Source of the DNA: Tepidisphaeraceae bacterium
Lineage (GTDB): Bacteria > Planctomycetota > Phycisphaerae > Tepidisphaerales > Tepidisphaeraceae
NCBI GenBank assembly: GCA_036744635.1
Contig: DAIOHQ010000111.1
Span: 1 to 14,667, forward strand
DNA length: 14,667 nucleotides
Reading direction: 5' to 3'
In this document: in pieces, positions 1 through 7,286 of the stretch
Position numbering within the stretch: the first letter of the stretch is position 1
Layout of the letters: each line of letters starts with the position of its first letter
Program-made: the position numbers and the translations under genes
Notes under the pieces: model-generated
Databases searched by the model: none
What the model was told of the DNA's origin: nothing
Seen by the model: the letters and a program-made list of their open reading frames with translations, nothing else

Positions 1-293
1 CCCAGCAGGTTGAACACCCGCGCCAGGGTTTCGTTGCCGACCGGAACGGTCACCGGCGAGCCGGTGTCGAGGCAATCCATGCCGCGGCGCAGGCCGTCGG
101 TGGAACCCAGGGCTACAGCGCGCACCTTGCCGCCGCCGAGGTGCTGCTGCACTTCGCCGGTCAGGCGGATCGTGCCGCCGTCGTTGGCCGAGCCAATTGT
201 CACCGCGTTGTAGATTGAGGGAAGTTGATCCTCGGGAAATTCCACGTCGAAGGTAGAACCGATCACCTGCGTCACTTTACCGGTGCTGGCCAT
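1..293 (-). CDS. atpD: F0F1 ATP synthase beta subunit, N-terminal part (gene continues past the window start)
   Basis: Reverse complement of 1-293 reads MASTGKVTQVIGSTFDVEFPEDQLPSIYNAVTIGSANDGGTIRLTGEVQQHLGGGKVRAVALGSTDGLRRGMDCLDTGSPVTVPVGNETLARVFNLLG..., colinear with the N-terminal domain of bacterial AtpD (compare E. coli [20 protein letters not shown]...[25 protein letters not shown]...VPVG..TLGRI.NVLG). The ATG is at complement(291..293) with GAGGAA about 7 nt upstream. The ORF is open to the window edge, so it is absent from the ORF track. Confidence 0.88.
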   Translation of the reverse strand, partial: MASTGKVTQVIGSTFDVEFPEDQLPSIYNAVTIGSANDGGTIRLTGEVQQHLGGGKVRAVALGSTDGLRRGMDCLDTGSPVTVPVGNETLARVFNLL

Positions 294-364
294 GGTTGGG
301 TTCCTCAAGCTGATATCTCGCCAGGAGCGCAATCACAGCGCCCCGCTTCGGGCAAGGGGCGGGG

Positions 365-392
365 ATTGTATCATTCCTTCACAAAGGGGCAA
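365..392 (-). promoter_or_regulatory. Candidate sigma70-type promoter for atpD
   Basis: On the minus strand: TTGCCC (complement 387-392), a 16-nt spacer, then TACAAT (complement 365-370), about 70 nt upstream of the atpD ATG. No atpG lies upstream, so atpD needs its own promoter here. This is a motif match only. Confidence 0.35.
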
Positions 393-434
393 GAGAAACG
401 GAAATTGGGGAATGGGTCGGGTTGAAATTTCCGG

Positions 435-520
435 GTGCCACAGGTCGCGGTACTCCGAGACCTGTGCCGCGTAGCAACGCAGTAAGACACAGGTCTGCGA
501 GTACGCCGACCTGTGGCACC
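435..520. repeat. Nested palindromic element: a roughly 33-bp imperfect inverted repeat whose two arms are each a hairpin (CACAGGTC-N11/13-GACCTGTG)
   Basis: Bases 435-467 (GGTGCCACAGGTCGCGGTACTCCGAGACCTGTG) and 488-520 (CACAGGTCTGCGAGTACGCCGACCTGTGGCACC) are reverse complements except for swapped CG/GC dinucleotides in the inner loops. The outer stem is GGTGCC/GGCACC. An adjacent 8-bp stem CGGAAATT (399-406) pairs with AATTTCCG (426-433). The element lies in non-coding DNA between the atpD promoter and the small ORF at 611. Confidence 0.5.
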
Positions 521-610
521 CAATCTGACCCACTACCGAAAATTGCATAGACGGGGTAAATAGAAGAGCAGAGTGGCTCGTTTGGCGACGGTGGTCCGAG
601 AGGGTATGCT

Positions 611-853
611 TTGGTGATGTCCGACGCCGAAATCCCCGCCTCCCTTCCCACCGATCCCCAGCGATTTTACTGCACCACTGTTGACTTTGAAGAACTCACC
701 CCGCCAATCCTGGTTGAAACCACTCCCGCGCTCGAGCGGCTCGGGCCGTCTCCGTTTGCCAAGACCAAATTCCCGCTGCTGGGTTTTCTGGAAACGCTTT
801 ACGAGCATGTTGCGGCGCAGGCGCAGGCCGCGTTGGGAACGAAGCGCGGGTGA
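611..853 (+). CDS. Small hypothetical acidic protein (about 76-80 aa). The start is ambiguous: TTG 611, GTG 614 or ATG 617
   Basis: This is the only clean ORF in the 300-930 spacer. GAGAGGG lies 10-13 nt upstream of the GTG/ATG. The composition is not low-complexity (…FYCTTVDFEELTPPILVETTPALERLGPSPFAKTKFPLLGFLETLYEHVAAQ…). A strong GC hairpin with a T-rich tail follows immediately. I recognise no homology. Confidence 0.35.
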   Translation: MVMSDAEIPASLPTDPQRFYCTTVDFEELTPPILVETTPALERLGPSPFAKTKFPLLGFLETLYEHVAAQAQAALGTKRG

Positions 854-862
854 AGATGTCGT

Positions 863-885
863 AGGGGCGGGGTTTCCCCGCCCCT
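863..885 (+). terminator. Intrinsic-terminator-like hairpin (GGGGCGGGG-TTT-CCCCGCCCC) for the plus-strand small ORF
   Basis: A perfect 9-bp GC stem (864-872 / 876-884) with a 3-nt loop, extended by an A-T pair and followed by CATTCTTC. It begins 10 nt after the stop codon at 851-853. Confidence 0.55.
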
Positions 886-905
886 CATTCTTCACGCGAA
901 ACAAG

Positions 906-928
906 AGGGGCGGGGAAACCCCGCCCCT
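906..928 (-). terminator. Intrinsic terminator for the minus-strand flotillin-like gene; it is a mirror copy of the 863-885 hairpin
   Basis: GGGGCGGGG-AAA-CCCCGCCCC (907-915 / 919-927) is extended by an A906-T928 pair. On the minus strand it is followed by CUUGUUUCG. It overlaps the stop codon at 927-929 of the convergent gene. Confidence 0.6.
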
Positions 929-3161
929 ACGATACCCGTCCCGCCGCAACCGCCTTGGCGGGAACATCCACATTCATCGAGTTCATGGACTCCATCACCT
1001 GCCGGCTCATGCGTTCGGTGAGTTCCGTTAGGGCGGGATTCTGCTTCCCATCGCCCAGCTCGAAGCCGCTCTTCTCGGCCACCATCAGGCTGATGAGCGT
1101 GCCGAGCAGGCCCTGGGCGCCATGGCCGCCGGCGCCGTCGCCTCCGCCGGTGACGAAGAGCTTTTCCGGGACGAGCGGCTGGGCGCTCTTGCTGAGATGT
1201 TCGGCCACCAGCGCCAGGGCATACAAGCGTGGATCGCCGAAGCCGCTGATCTTCTGCATCAGCACCGATGCTTCCGACAGGCCCACCTGCAACGTGCGCT
1301 GGCTTTCGCCTTTGCCGGCCAGGATGCGCTGCTCGCTTTCGGCTTTGGCCGTGACGACGGTCTGTTCGGCCGCCCGCCGCGAGCGTTCCAGATCGGCCTC
1401 GGCCATGACCACCTGCTGCTGCGCCTGTTTGCGGGCGCGGGAGAGGTCGGCGTCGCCATTGTTCTCGGCGATGCGAATCTGCACCTGCGAGTTGGTTAGC
1501 TCCGCCTGCTTGGCCGCGATTGCCTGGGCTTCGTTGAGCGCCCGCAGCTTGTCGGCGGCGACGCGCTGGCGGTCGAAGGTCTCGAGCTGCTCGATGGAAA
1601 GCTGCCGCAGGCGAAGCTGCTCGAGCAGCGTTTCAATCTTGCCGCCGGCTTCGGCGGTGTCGGGCTTGCCGATCAGCACGTCCACGCACTCGATGTCGAA
1701 ATCGAGGAAGCGGTGCTTGAGCGCCTCGCGGGCCTCAAGCTGCATGGAATCGCGCTGCTGCAGCAGTTCCAGCATGGTGCGCTTGTGGGCCACATCCCGG
1801 AAGTAGGCGCTCAGCATGGGATCGAGCGTCTGGGTGATCAGCTTCTTCACATCGCCGAAGCGCTGAATGACGCTTGGAGCTTTCATATAGTCGATATGAA
1901 CGACGACACTCAGCGGCAGCAGCGGCTCATACGCATCCTTGGTGACGATGTCGATGGATTTAAGCCCTTCATCATAGCGGTGCGACTCGGTGCGCCCGGT
2001 GATCCAGTGCAGCACGAAGTTTGTCGTCGGCACCAGCACGATCTGCCCGGCGTAGGCGTTGAACGGATATTTGCCCGGCCCCAGCGGCCTTTCCCACACC
2101 CCGCGCTCCCCGCGAGCAACCCGCTCGCCATGGCGGAAGGCATCGCCCGACAGGTCCTTGCCGATCGGCCCGTAATAGCTGATGACCACGCCGACGTAGC
2201 CAATGGGAATCAGCGTCTTGGGGATCATCTCGACGGTCGCGAACCAGCGGTTCACGAAATAGGTGCCATCGGTCAGTGGCACATACTGCCGCCCGCGCCG
2301 GCCGCCGGCCGCCAGAAACGCCTCGGGATCCTGATAGTTGTTGTGATAGTGCGGGTCGTTGGCGTCGTTCCCCACCGAAGGCGCGATGATCTCGCCGGGC
2401 GCCAGCGACGGGCCATCATGCACGGTCACGATGGCGATATTGTCCATGACCACGCCCTCTTCGCGTTCCTCGCGGGTTGGGCTGCCAATCGAGCCGACGA
2501 CGACGGGGCTGAATCCATCGATCTGCCGCAGCTCCTTCTGCCAGCTCACCACCGTTTCCAGCTCGCGCCGGCCGCCCTGGGAATCCAGCCGATAGACGGC
2601 ATCTTCACAGATCACGTTGAACAGCGCCAGGTTGATCGCATAGACGCCCTCGCGGAGGATGATGCGCTGGCGGCCCCGCTGGCCGTGGGTGTCGCGCTCG
2701 GCCTTTCCCGCTTTTCCCAGAAACGCAAAGGCATCCTGAAAATTATTGCAATCCACCACCCGGCCCAGCGTCTGGCTGGGCTCCAGCGGCTGCCCATCGC
2801 GGGCATACACATACCCGATCTTCCCCTGCGACACCGTCACCAGCGGAACCTTGTGAATCCGGTACTGCCATGGCCAATAAAAGAAATGCACGCCGCCGCG
2901 CAGCAGCCACGCCTGATACCCCGCCTCGCCGTTGATGGCGATGATCTGCCCTTCGCGCACGCTGCCGCCGCTGGACCACAGTTTTTCGATCACTCCGACG
3001 CGATTGTTGGGAATATAACGCATTCCCAGCGCCGAAAATGCCAGAATGAACAGCACAAACAGCGCGACGGCGACCTTCAGAATCGTCATGAGCCAATCGC
3101 TGCTGTCTGGCTGAGCCAAAAAGTTGGAAAAATTCCCCGATAAGATGGTGGCGAGAAACAT
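927..3161 (-). CDS. Flotillin-like SPFH/band-7 domain membrane protein (YqiK family), about 744 aa
   Basis: The ORF 927..3482 contains MFLATILSGNFSNFLAQ…LMTILKVAVALFVLFILAF…RYIPNNRVGVIEKLW (an N-terminal hydrophobic anchor followed by an SPFH core). A long Ala/Glu/Gln-rich coiled-coil flotillin C-terminus follows (…EAQAIAAKQAELTNSQVQIRIAENNGDADLSRARKQAQQQVVMAEADLERSRRAAEQ…). I chose the ATG at complement(3159..3161) because it is preceded by AAGGAG with a 6-nt spacer. The ORF-track start at 3482 and the ATG at 3182 lack an SD and add a non-homologous Pro/Arg-rich extension. Confidence 0.85.
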   Translation of the reverse strand: MFLATILSGNFSNFLAQPDSSDWLMTILKVAVALFVLFILAFSALGMRYIPNNRVGVIEKLWSSGGSVREGQIIAINGEAGYQAWLLRGGVHFFYWPWQYRIHKVPLVTVSQGKIGYVYARDGQPLEPSQTLGRVVDCNNFQDAFAFLGKAGKAERDTHGQRGRQRIILREGVYAINLALFNVICEDAVYRLDSQGGRRELETVVSWQKELRQIDGFSPVVVGSIGSPTREEREEGVVMDNIAIVTVHDGPSLAPGEIIAPSVGNDANDPHYHNNYQDPEAFLAAGGRRGRQYVPLTDGTYFVNRWFATVEMIPKTLIPIGYVGVVISYYGPIGKDLSGDAFRHGERVARGERGVWERPLGPGKYPFNAYAGQIVLVPTTNFVLHWITGRTESHRYDEGLKSIDIVTKDAYEPLLPLSVVVHIDYMKAPSVIQRFGDVKKLITQTLDPMLSAYFRDVAHKRTMLELLQQRDSMQLEAREALKHRFLDFDIECVDVLIGKPDTAEAGGKIETLLEQLRLRQLSIEQLETFDRQRVAADKLRALNEAQAIAAKQAELTNSQVQIRIAENNGDADLSRARKQAQQQVVMAEADLERSRRAAEQTVVTAKAESEQRILAGKGESQRTLQVGLSEASVLMQKISGFGDPRLYALALVAEHLSKSAQPLVPEKLFVTGGGDGAGGHGAQGLLGTLISLMVAEKSGFELGDGKQNPALTELTERMSRQVMESMNSMNVDVPAKAVAAGRVS

Positions 3162-3353
3162 GAGCTTCTCCTTAATTGTCATGACCAGCGGCCCCGGCCG
3201 CCCGCACAACGTCCCCATCATACCGTTCGCCCCTTCCCCTGCACTTACAACCCCGGCAAAATTCTCTAAGCGCGGCGCGGCGGGGCGCGGGCGGAAAGAG
3301 CGGATTTCTCGTTGCAGATTTCCTGCCTTATTTGCGCGGCATACGATTTGCCG

Positions 3354-3367
3354 ATAGTGTTCACTAT
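3354..3367. promoter_or_regulatory. 14-bp palindrome ATAGTG-TT-CACTAT abutting the -35 of the plus-strand promoter; a candidate operator
   Basis: A perfect 6+6 inverted repeat with a 2-nt spacer at 3354-3367. It lies 6 bp upstream of TTGACA (3374-3379), in the divergent intergenic region between the flotillin-like gene and the DUF2203-like gene. Confidence 0.3.
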
Positions 3368-3373
3368 GCGTGA

Positions 3374-3401
3374 TTGACACCATCGGATGCGATGTCATAA
3401 T
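3374..3401 (+). promoter_or_regulatory. Candidate sigma70 promoter TTGACA-N16-CATAAT for the DUF2203-like gene
   Basis: TTGACA at 3374-3379, a 16-nt spacer, then CATAAT at 3396-3401. It is about 80 nt upstream of the ATG at 3485. This is a near-consensus match in a GC-rich background. Confidence 0.45.
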
Positions 3402-3484
3402 CGCCGGTGGGTTGAAGATGTAGCGCATCGTCCCGTTTGTGCGAGCAGGCACCCCCGAGCCGCTCGCGAAGAAAGGCGGCATTT

Positions 3485-3922
3485 ATGGCCGGTCCACAGT
3501 TTGTCACTCCCCAACCGGTTCATCCGTCCCGTCCGCGCCGGCACTTCACGCTGGTGCAGGCCAACAAGACGCTGCCGCTGGTGAAACGGATCGTGGCGGA
3601 TATCGTTAGGTTGCACGATGAGGTCGCGGTCCTGCAGGCCAAGCTGGCCGGCGGCGATGCCGGCGCCGGCAAGAACCAGGAGACGCAAAAGGCGCTGGAG
3701 CGCGGCATCGAGCAGTTGCAGGCCTATGTCGATGAGCTGGCCGAAGTCGGCTGCGAATTGAAGGACTACCAGATGGGCCTCATCGACTTCGTCGGCCGCC
3801 ACCAGGGCCGCGACATCAACCTGTGCTGGAAGCTCGGCGAGGACAAAATCACCCACTGGCACGAAATGCAGGCCGGCGTGGCCGGCCGGCAGCCGGTGTC
3901 GCTTCTGGATGAAGGGGAATAG
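3485..3922 (+). CDS. Conserved hypothetical protein of about 145 aa. It resembles the DUF2203 family (coiled-coil N-terminal half, C-terminal …LCWKLGEDKITHWHE…GRQP motif)
   Basis: The ORF 3437..3922 starts at TTG in the track. The only ATG is at 3485 (MAGPQFVTPQ…), with GAAAGG about 9 nt upstream. The product has a conserved-looking C-terminal half (…CELKDYQMGLIDFVGRHQGRDINLCWKLGEDKITHWHEMQAGVAGRQPV…). The family assignment is from memory and not certain. Confidence 0.55.
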   Translation: MAGPQFVTPQPVHPSRPRRHFTLVQANKTLPLVKRIVADIVRLHDEVAVLQAKLAGGDAGAGKNQETQKALERGIEQLQAYVDELAEVGCELKDYQMGLIDFVGRHQGRDINLCWKLGEDKITHWHEMQAGVAGRQPVSLLDEGE

Positions 3923-3952
3923 TTCTCGAAGCGGAAAATTCGGAATAAGCCT

Positions 3953-3982
3953 CAACGGCTGGTCCTCCGGGACCGGCCGTTG
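3953..3982 (+). terminator. Stable hairpin 3' of the DUF2203-like gene (13-bp stem with one G-U pair and loop TCCG); a possible terminator lacking a clear U-tract
   Basis: CAACGGCTGGTCC-TCCG-GGACCGGCCGTTG lies 31 nt after the stop codon and is followed by TGCGTAAG, which is not U-rich. Confidence 0.35.
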
Positions 3983-4159
3983 TGCGTAAGAAGCCACTCT
4001 GGCCGGGCACGCCATTCTTTCGCGGCTCCGATCCGTGGCTGATCGAGGGCGTCGGGAACCTGCTGGAAAGGGCATACGTTCCTGCAGGGTGATGGCGGGC
4101 TTGTGGTGGGGGGAAAAGCGGGTAAGCTTTCCGCCTCTTTACCTTTAGGAGCAAGCACG

Positions 4160-5323
4160 ATGTCTCTGATTCCTCCGCATGGCGGGCAACTGGTCAATCG
4201 GGTTCTGCAGTCGGCGGCGGCCGAAAAGGCGGCCAAAGACGCCGCTTCCCTGCCCGCACTCACCCTTACCCCCCGTGAAGCGTTTGACCTGGAGATGATC
4301 GCCATTGGCGCCTTCTCGCCGCTGACGGGATTCATGGGGCAGGCCGACTTTCAGGGGGTTTGCAGGAACATGCGGCTGGCCAGCGGCGTGGTCTGGCCGA
4401 TTCCGGTGATCCTTTGCCCGCCGGATGAAATCACGGCGAAACTGAACACCGGCGACCGGGTGGCCCTGAAGGATGACAAGGGACGGCTGCTGGGAACCAT
4501 GACCATTCAGGAGAAATATCCCCACGACAAGGCGCTGGAAATTCCCAATGTCTATCGCACCGAGGATGAGGCCCATCCGGGCGTGAAGATCGTCAAGGCG
4601 CAGGGGAACACCTGCCTGGGCGGGCCGATCGACGTGATCACGCCGACGCACGAGCCGGAGTTTTCGGATTATCGCCTGCCGCCGGCGGCGACGCGGGCGG
4701 CGTTTGAGAAGAAGGGATGGTCAACGGTTGCGGCATTTCAGACGCGCAATCCGATTCACCGCTCGCACGAATATCTGACCAAGTGCGCGCTGGAGATGAC
4801 CGATGGGCTGCTGATTCACCCGCTGGTGGGCGAGACCAAGTCCGATGACATTCCGGCCAACGTGCGCATGGACTGCTACAAGACGCTGGTGGACAACTAT
4901 TACAACAAGGAGCGCACGATGCTGAGCGTGATGCCGCTGGCGATGCGCTACGCCGGCCCGCGCGAGGCTGTCCTGCATTCGCTGATCCGCAAGAATTACG
5001 GCGTGACCCATTTCATCGTCGGGCGCGATCACGCCGGCGTGGGAACGTACTACGGCACCTACGATGCGCAGAAGATTTTCGACCAGTTCGATTTGCCGAA
5101 GGATATCGGCGTCACCATCTTGAAATTTGAGCACACCGCCTGGTGCAAGAAGTGCGAGGCGATTGTCTCCAGCAAGACCTGCCCGCATGGCCCCGAGGAC
5201 AAGATCGCCCCCAGTGGAACCAAGGTGCGAGAGACGCTGAAGGCCGGTCAGCGGCCGCCGATGGAATTCAGCCGGCCGGAGATTGCCGATATTCTGATCA
5301 AGTGGGCGCAGGGGGCGAAGTAG
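4160..5323 (+). CDS. sat: Sulfate adenylyltransferase (ATP sulfurylase), 387 aa
   Basis: The product contains QTRNPIHRSHEYLTK, HFIVGRDHAGVG and YGTYDAQ, which are hallmark motifs of homo-oligomeric ATP sulfurylase (Sat/MET3 type), and has the N-terminal PUA-like domain. I chose the ATG at 4160 because AGGAG lies 8 nt upstream. The ORF-track start at 4103 adds a non-homologous leader. Confidence 0.92.
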   Translation: MSLIPPHGGQLVNRVLQSAAAEKAAKDAASLPALTLTPREAFDLEMIAIGAFSPLTGFMGQADFQGVCRNMRLASGVVWPIPVILCPPDEITAKLNTGDRVALKDDKGRLLGTMTIQEKYPHDKALEIPNVYRTEDEAHPGVKIVKAQGNTCLGGPIDVITPTHEPEFSDYRLPPAATRAAFEKKGWSTVAAFQTRNPIHRSHEYLTKCALEMTDGLLIHPLVGETKSDDIPANVRMDCYKTLVDNYYNKERTMLSVMPLAMRYAGPREAVLHSLIRKNYGVTHFIVGRDHAGVGTYYGTYDAQKIFDQFDLPKDIGVTILKFEHTAWCKKCEAIVSSKTCPHGPEDKIAPSGTKVRETLKAGQRPPMEFSRPEIADILIKWAQGAK

Positions 5324-5382
5324 GGGCGGGGAATCCGGCGCAGTAGCAATATCGCCAGGAACCCATGGTGCCTAGATGCAAA

Positions 5383-5418
5383 ATGGCGCACCCGAGCGCA
5401 CGCGCTCGGGTGCGCCAT
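5383..5418 (-). terminator. Perfect 17-bp hairpin (ATGGCGCACCCGAGCGC / GCGCTCGGGTGCGCCAT) between the convergent sat and cytochrome genes. It is U-tailed on the minus strand
   Basis: Bases 5383-5399 pair with 5402-5418. On the minus strand the hairpin is followed by AUUUUGCAUCU, giving an intrinsic terminator for the minus-strand operon ending at 5461. On the plus strand no U-tract follows, so it may act as a structural terminator for sat only. Confidence 0.6.
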
Positions 5419-5460
5419 GCAAGGTGCTGGCGCTGGCATTGCCGCCTTCGTTCGCGGTCT

Positions 5461-5820
5461 TCAGTTGCTGGCCTGCAGAAACTCGGTAATCTTCCGCTGC
5501 TCTTCGCCGGTAAGATTGGCGCGGAAGCGCATGTGGCGAACGATAGTAGCCCATTGCGCGTCGCTGAAGCGCTCCGGCGGAGGAGCGTTGTGGCAGCGGT
5601 TACAGTTGTCCGTCCACAACTCGACGCCCGAGCGATCCGGTGGAGGCGGGAACAGGCCCAGCACCTTAGGGGGCGGGCCGGAATCCGATGCACCGGCGGG
5701 CCTGGCATCAGTGGATTGACAGCCCGCAAGGCCCAGAGCGGCGATGCCCGCCGCACAGATCAGCCAGCCGCCAAGACTCACAGCAAGTCTTGCGCGTTTT
5801 TGTTTTTGGTTGGGAAACAT
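5461..5820 (-). CDS. Monoheme c-type cytochrome lipoprotein (CXXCH = CNRCH), about 119 aa
   Basis: MFPNQKQKRARLAVSLGGWLICAAGIAALGLAGC is a lipoprotein signal peptide with an LAGC lipobox. The mature part carries CNRCH and …WATIVRHMRFRANLTGEEQRKITEFL. I chose the ATG at complement(5818..5820) because it is preceded by AAAGGAG with a 5-nt spacer. The GTG at 5835 in the ORF track would place the SD inside the coding sequence. Confidence 0.75.
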   Translation of the reverse strand: MFPNQKQKRARLAVSLGGWLICAAGIAALGLAGCQSTDARPAGASDSGPPPKVLGLFPPPPDRSGVELWTDNCNRCHNAPPPERFSDAQWATIVRHMRFRANLTGEEQRKITEFLQASN

Positions 5821-5831
5821 GAGAACTCCTT

Positions 5832-7217
5832 TCACAGCCCGATGCCCAATTGGATAAGGAAAGCGTTCTGATTCGGCCCCACCTTCTTGTCATCGAACTC
5901 ATAGGCGGCCTTGAGAACGAGGGAAGGGGTGAACCAGTAATCGAGGCCAAGCGTCAGGCGATTCTCGCGCTCGCCGCCCGGTGCGCTCAAGGAACTGGCC
6001 ACTCGGTCGAATCGCACGCCGTACTCGAGATTGCGGAAGAATTCGATGTCGGACTTCGTCGCCCGAAACAGGAGCTGCGCGTATCCCCCGTTGCGGTCAT
6101 TGCTGAACCGCACCGGGCCGAACCCCAGGGCGCCGCTGGGATCATAGGTGGCCCGGTCCACGGTGGACCAAGTCCATTCCGCCCGGAAATCGAACCTGCC
6201 TTTGAGCGGATCGACAATTTGCCGGTAATTCAGATCCACGGCCTGGAACAGCCCGCTGGTGCTCGGGAAACCGCTGGGGTTGACCTGGGCGCCCATGATC
6301 GAATACCCCATTTCCACGTTCGGCATCGGCAGGAATCCAAGGCGTCCGCCAACCGCTTTGTTGTTATTCAGATCGCTGAACTCGTCGAAATTGAGCTGTC
6401 CGGCGGCGTCAGGGTCGTTTGTTATCAGGTTTGGGCCGTTGCTGACGTACAGATCGTAGGTGACCTTCGCCGTGCTGATGGGAATGGCGCCGCGGACGAA
6501 GGCGCCGACGGCGTGTTCGGGAGCGATCGCGCTGTCACCAAATGCGAGGGGATCATCGGGGAACTTGTTGATCCAGGGCGGATCGAAATGGTTGTGGTAT
6601 ACGCCGAAAGGTGTAGTAAACAGGCCGCCGCCAACCATCATGTAGTCGTTGATGATGAACGATCCGTTGGCGATGGTCAGGTCGAAGCTCGTGGATGAGC
6701 TGTTGGTGTCATCGGTTTCAATACCGATGTCGAACGCCGCTTCGAAGAGGAACCGGTCGGTTGGCTTCCAGAGGATCAGGGGGGCGACGCCGGCGCTGAA
6801 GCTGGATTTCGTGCCCTTCTGCGTGGTAAAGCCGGCATCGGCGTCACCGGCGATGACCACGTTCTCCAATCCGCCGCGGTTTCGGTCGGTCGCGTCCTTG
6901 AGAACCTTGATTTCTTCTTCGAGTTCCTCGTTAGTCGGTGCCGAGGATTCGGCGGCGGCCGGGGCGGATTTCGCTGCTGCGGGAATCGCGGCGGCGGGCG
7001 CGGCTTGGACGGCGTTGCGTTTCTTCAACTCCTGCAATTCCTCCCGCATCTCCTTCTGCTCGCGGAGGACACGCTGATATTCCTGCCATGTCACATAGGG
7101 TTGGGTAGTCGCACCCGCCGGCGGTGCCGGATCGTCGGCGCGGGCTAAACCCGAAATCGCCACCAGCGCCACGGCCCCCCCTGCGGCCATGGCGAACATT
7201 CCAAACGCAGTCCTCAT
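5832..7217 (-). CDS. Outer-membrane beta-barrel protein (porin-like), 461 aa. It has a signal peptide, an N-terminal coiled coil and a C-terminal barrel
   Basis: The signal peptide is MRTAFGMFAMAAGGAVALVAISGLARA. A heptad-like segment (…WQEYQRVLREQKEMREELQELKKRN…EELEEEIKVLKD…) is followed by alternating hydrophobic/polar strands rich in G/Y/F/N/D, ending …NAFLIQLGIGL. GGAAGGAG lies 6 nt before the ATG at 7217. The architecture is reminiscent of DcaP-like or phosphate-porin-like proteins; this is inferred. Confidence 0.65.
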   Translation of the reverse strand: MRTAFGMFAMAAGGAVALVAISGLARADDPAPPAGATTQPYVTWQEYQRVLREQKEMREELQELKKRNAVQAAPAAAIPAAAKSAPAAAESSAPTNEELEEEIKVLKDATDRNRGGLENVVIAGDADAGFTTQKGTKSSFSAGVAPLILWKPTDRFLFEAAFDIGIETDDTNSSSTSFDLTIANGSFIINDYMMVGGGLFTTPFGVYHNHFDPPWINKFPDDPLAFGDSAIAPEHAVGAFVRGAIPISTAKVTYDLYVSNGPNLITNDPDAAGQLNFDEFSDLNNNKAVGGRLGFLPMPNVEMGYSIMGAQVNPSGFPSTSGLFQAVDLNYRQIVDPLKGRFDFRAEWTWSTVDRATYDPSGALGFGPVRFSNDRNGGYAQLLFRATKSDIEFFRNLEYGVRFDRVASSLSAPGGERENRLTLGLDYWFTPSLVLKAAYEFDDKKVGPNQNAFLIQLGIGL

Positions 7218-7286
7218 GGAACACTCCTTCCCGTTAACGGATCATCGAACGACGACTTCACGGCCGATTGTTTCGGCGGCGCGGTC

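Noticed and set aside
410-440. tRNA-like 3' end (…CGGGTTGAAATTTCCGGGTGCCA)
   Set aside because: Only a 4-bp T-stem-like pairing is present, with a non-consensus loop (TTGAAAT, lacking the conserved C). There is no acceptor stem and no D or anticodon arms. It is better explained as part of the 399-433 hairpin.
333-973. Minus-strand ORFs 333..548, 379..651 and 533..973 in the atpD upstream spacer
   Set aside because: They are overlapping low-complexity ORFs without start signals. The region is better explained as promoter plus structured non-coding DNA. 533..973 also runs through the twin terminator hairpins.
1713-3143. 476-aa plus-strand ORF (also 955..1806 and 1122..1499)
   Set aside because: It is antisense to the well-supported flotillin-like CDS. 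The product is Arg/Ala/Gly/His-rich low-complexity, typical of spurious ORFs on the opposite strand of GC-rich genes.
3162-3482. N-terminal 107-aa extension of the flotillin ORF in the track (MPPFFASGSG…)
   Set aside because: It has no SD and a Pro/Arg-rich composition, and it lies in the divergent promoter region. A perfect AAGGAG-N6-ATG at 3161 coincides with the homologous flotillin N-terminus.
4103-4159. Upstream start of sat (MVGGKAGKLSASLPLGAST…)
   Set aside because: AGGAG lies 8 nt before the internal ATG at 4160, and ATP sulfurylases begin at the MSLIPPHGG-type N-terminus. The extension has no homology.
5850-6698. 282-aa plus-strand ORF, plus 6649..7077
   Set aside because: It is antisense to the porin-like CDS, which has a signal peptide, an SD and a coherent beta-barrel pattern. 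The plus-strand product is low-complexity.
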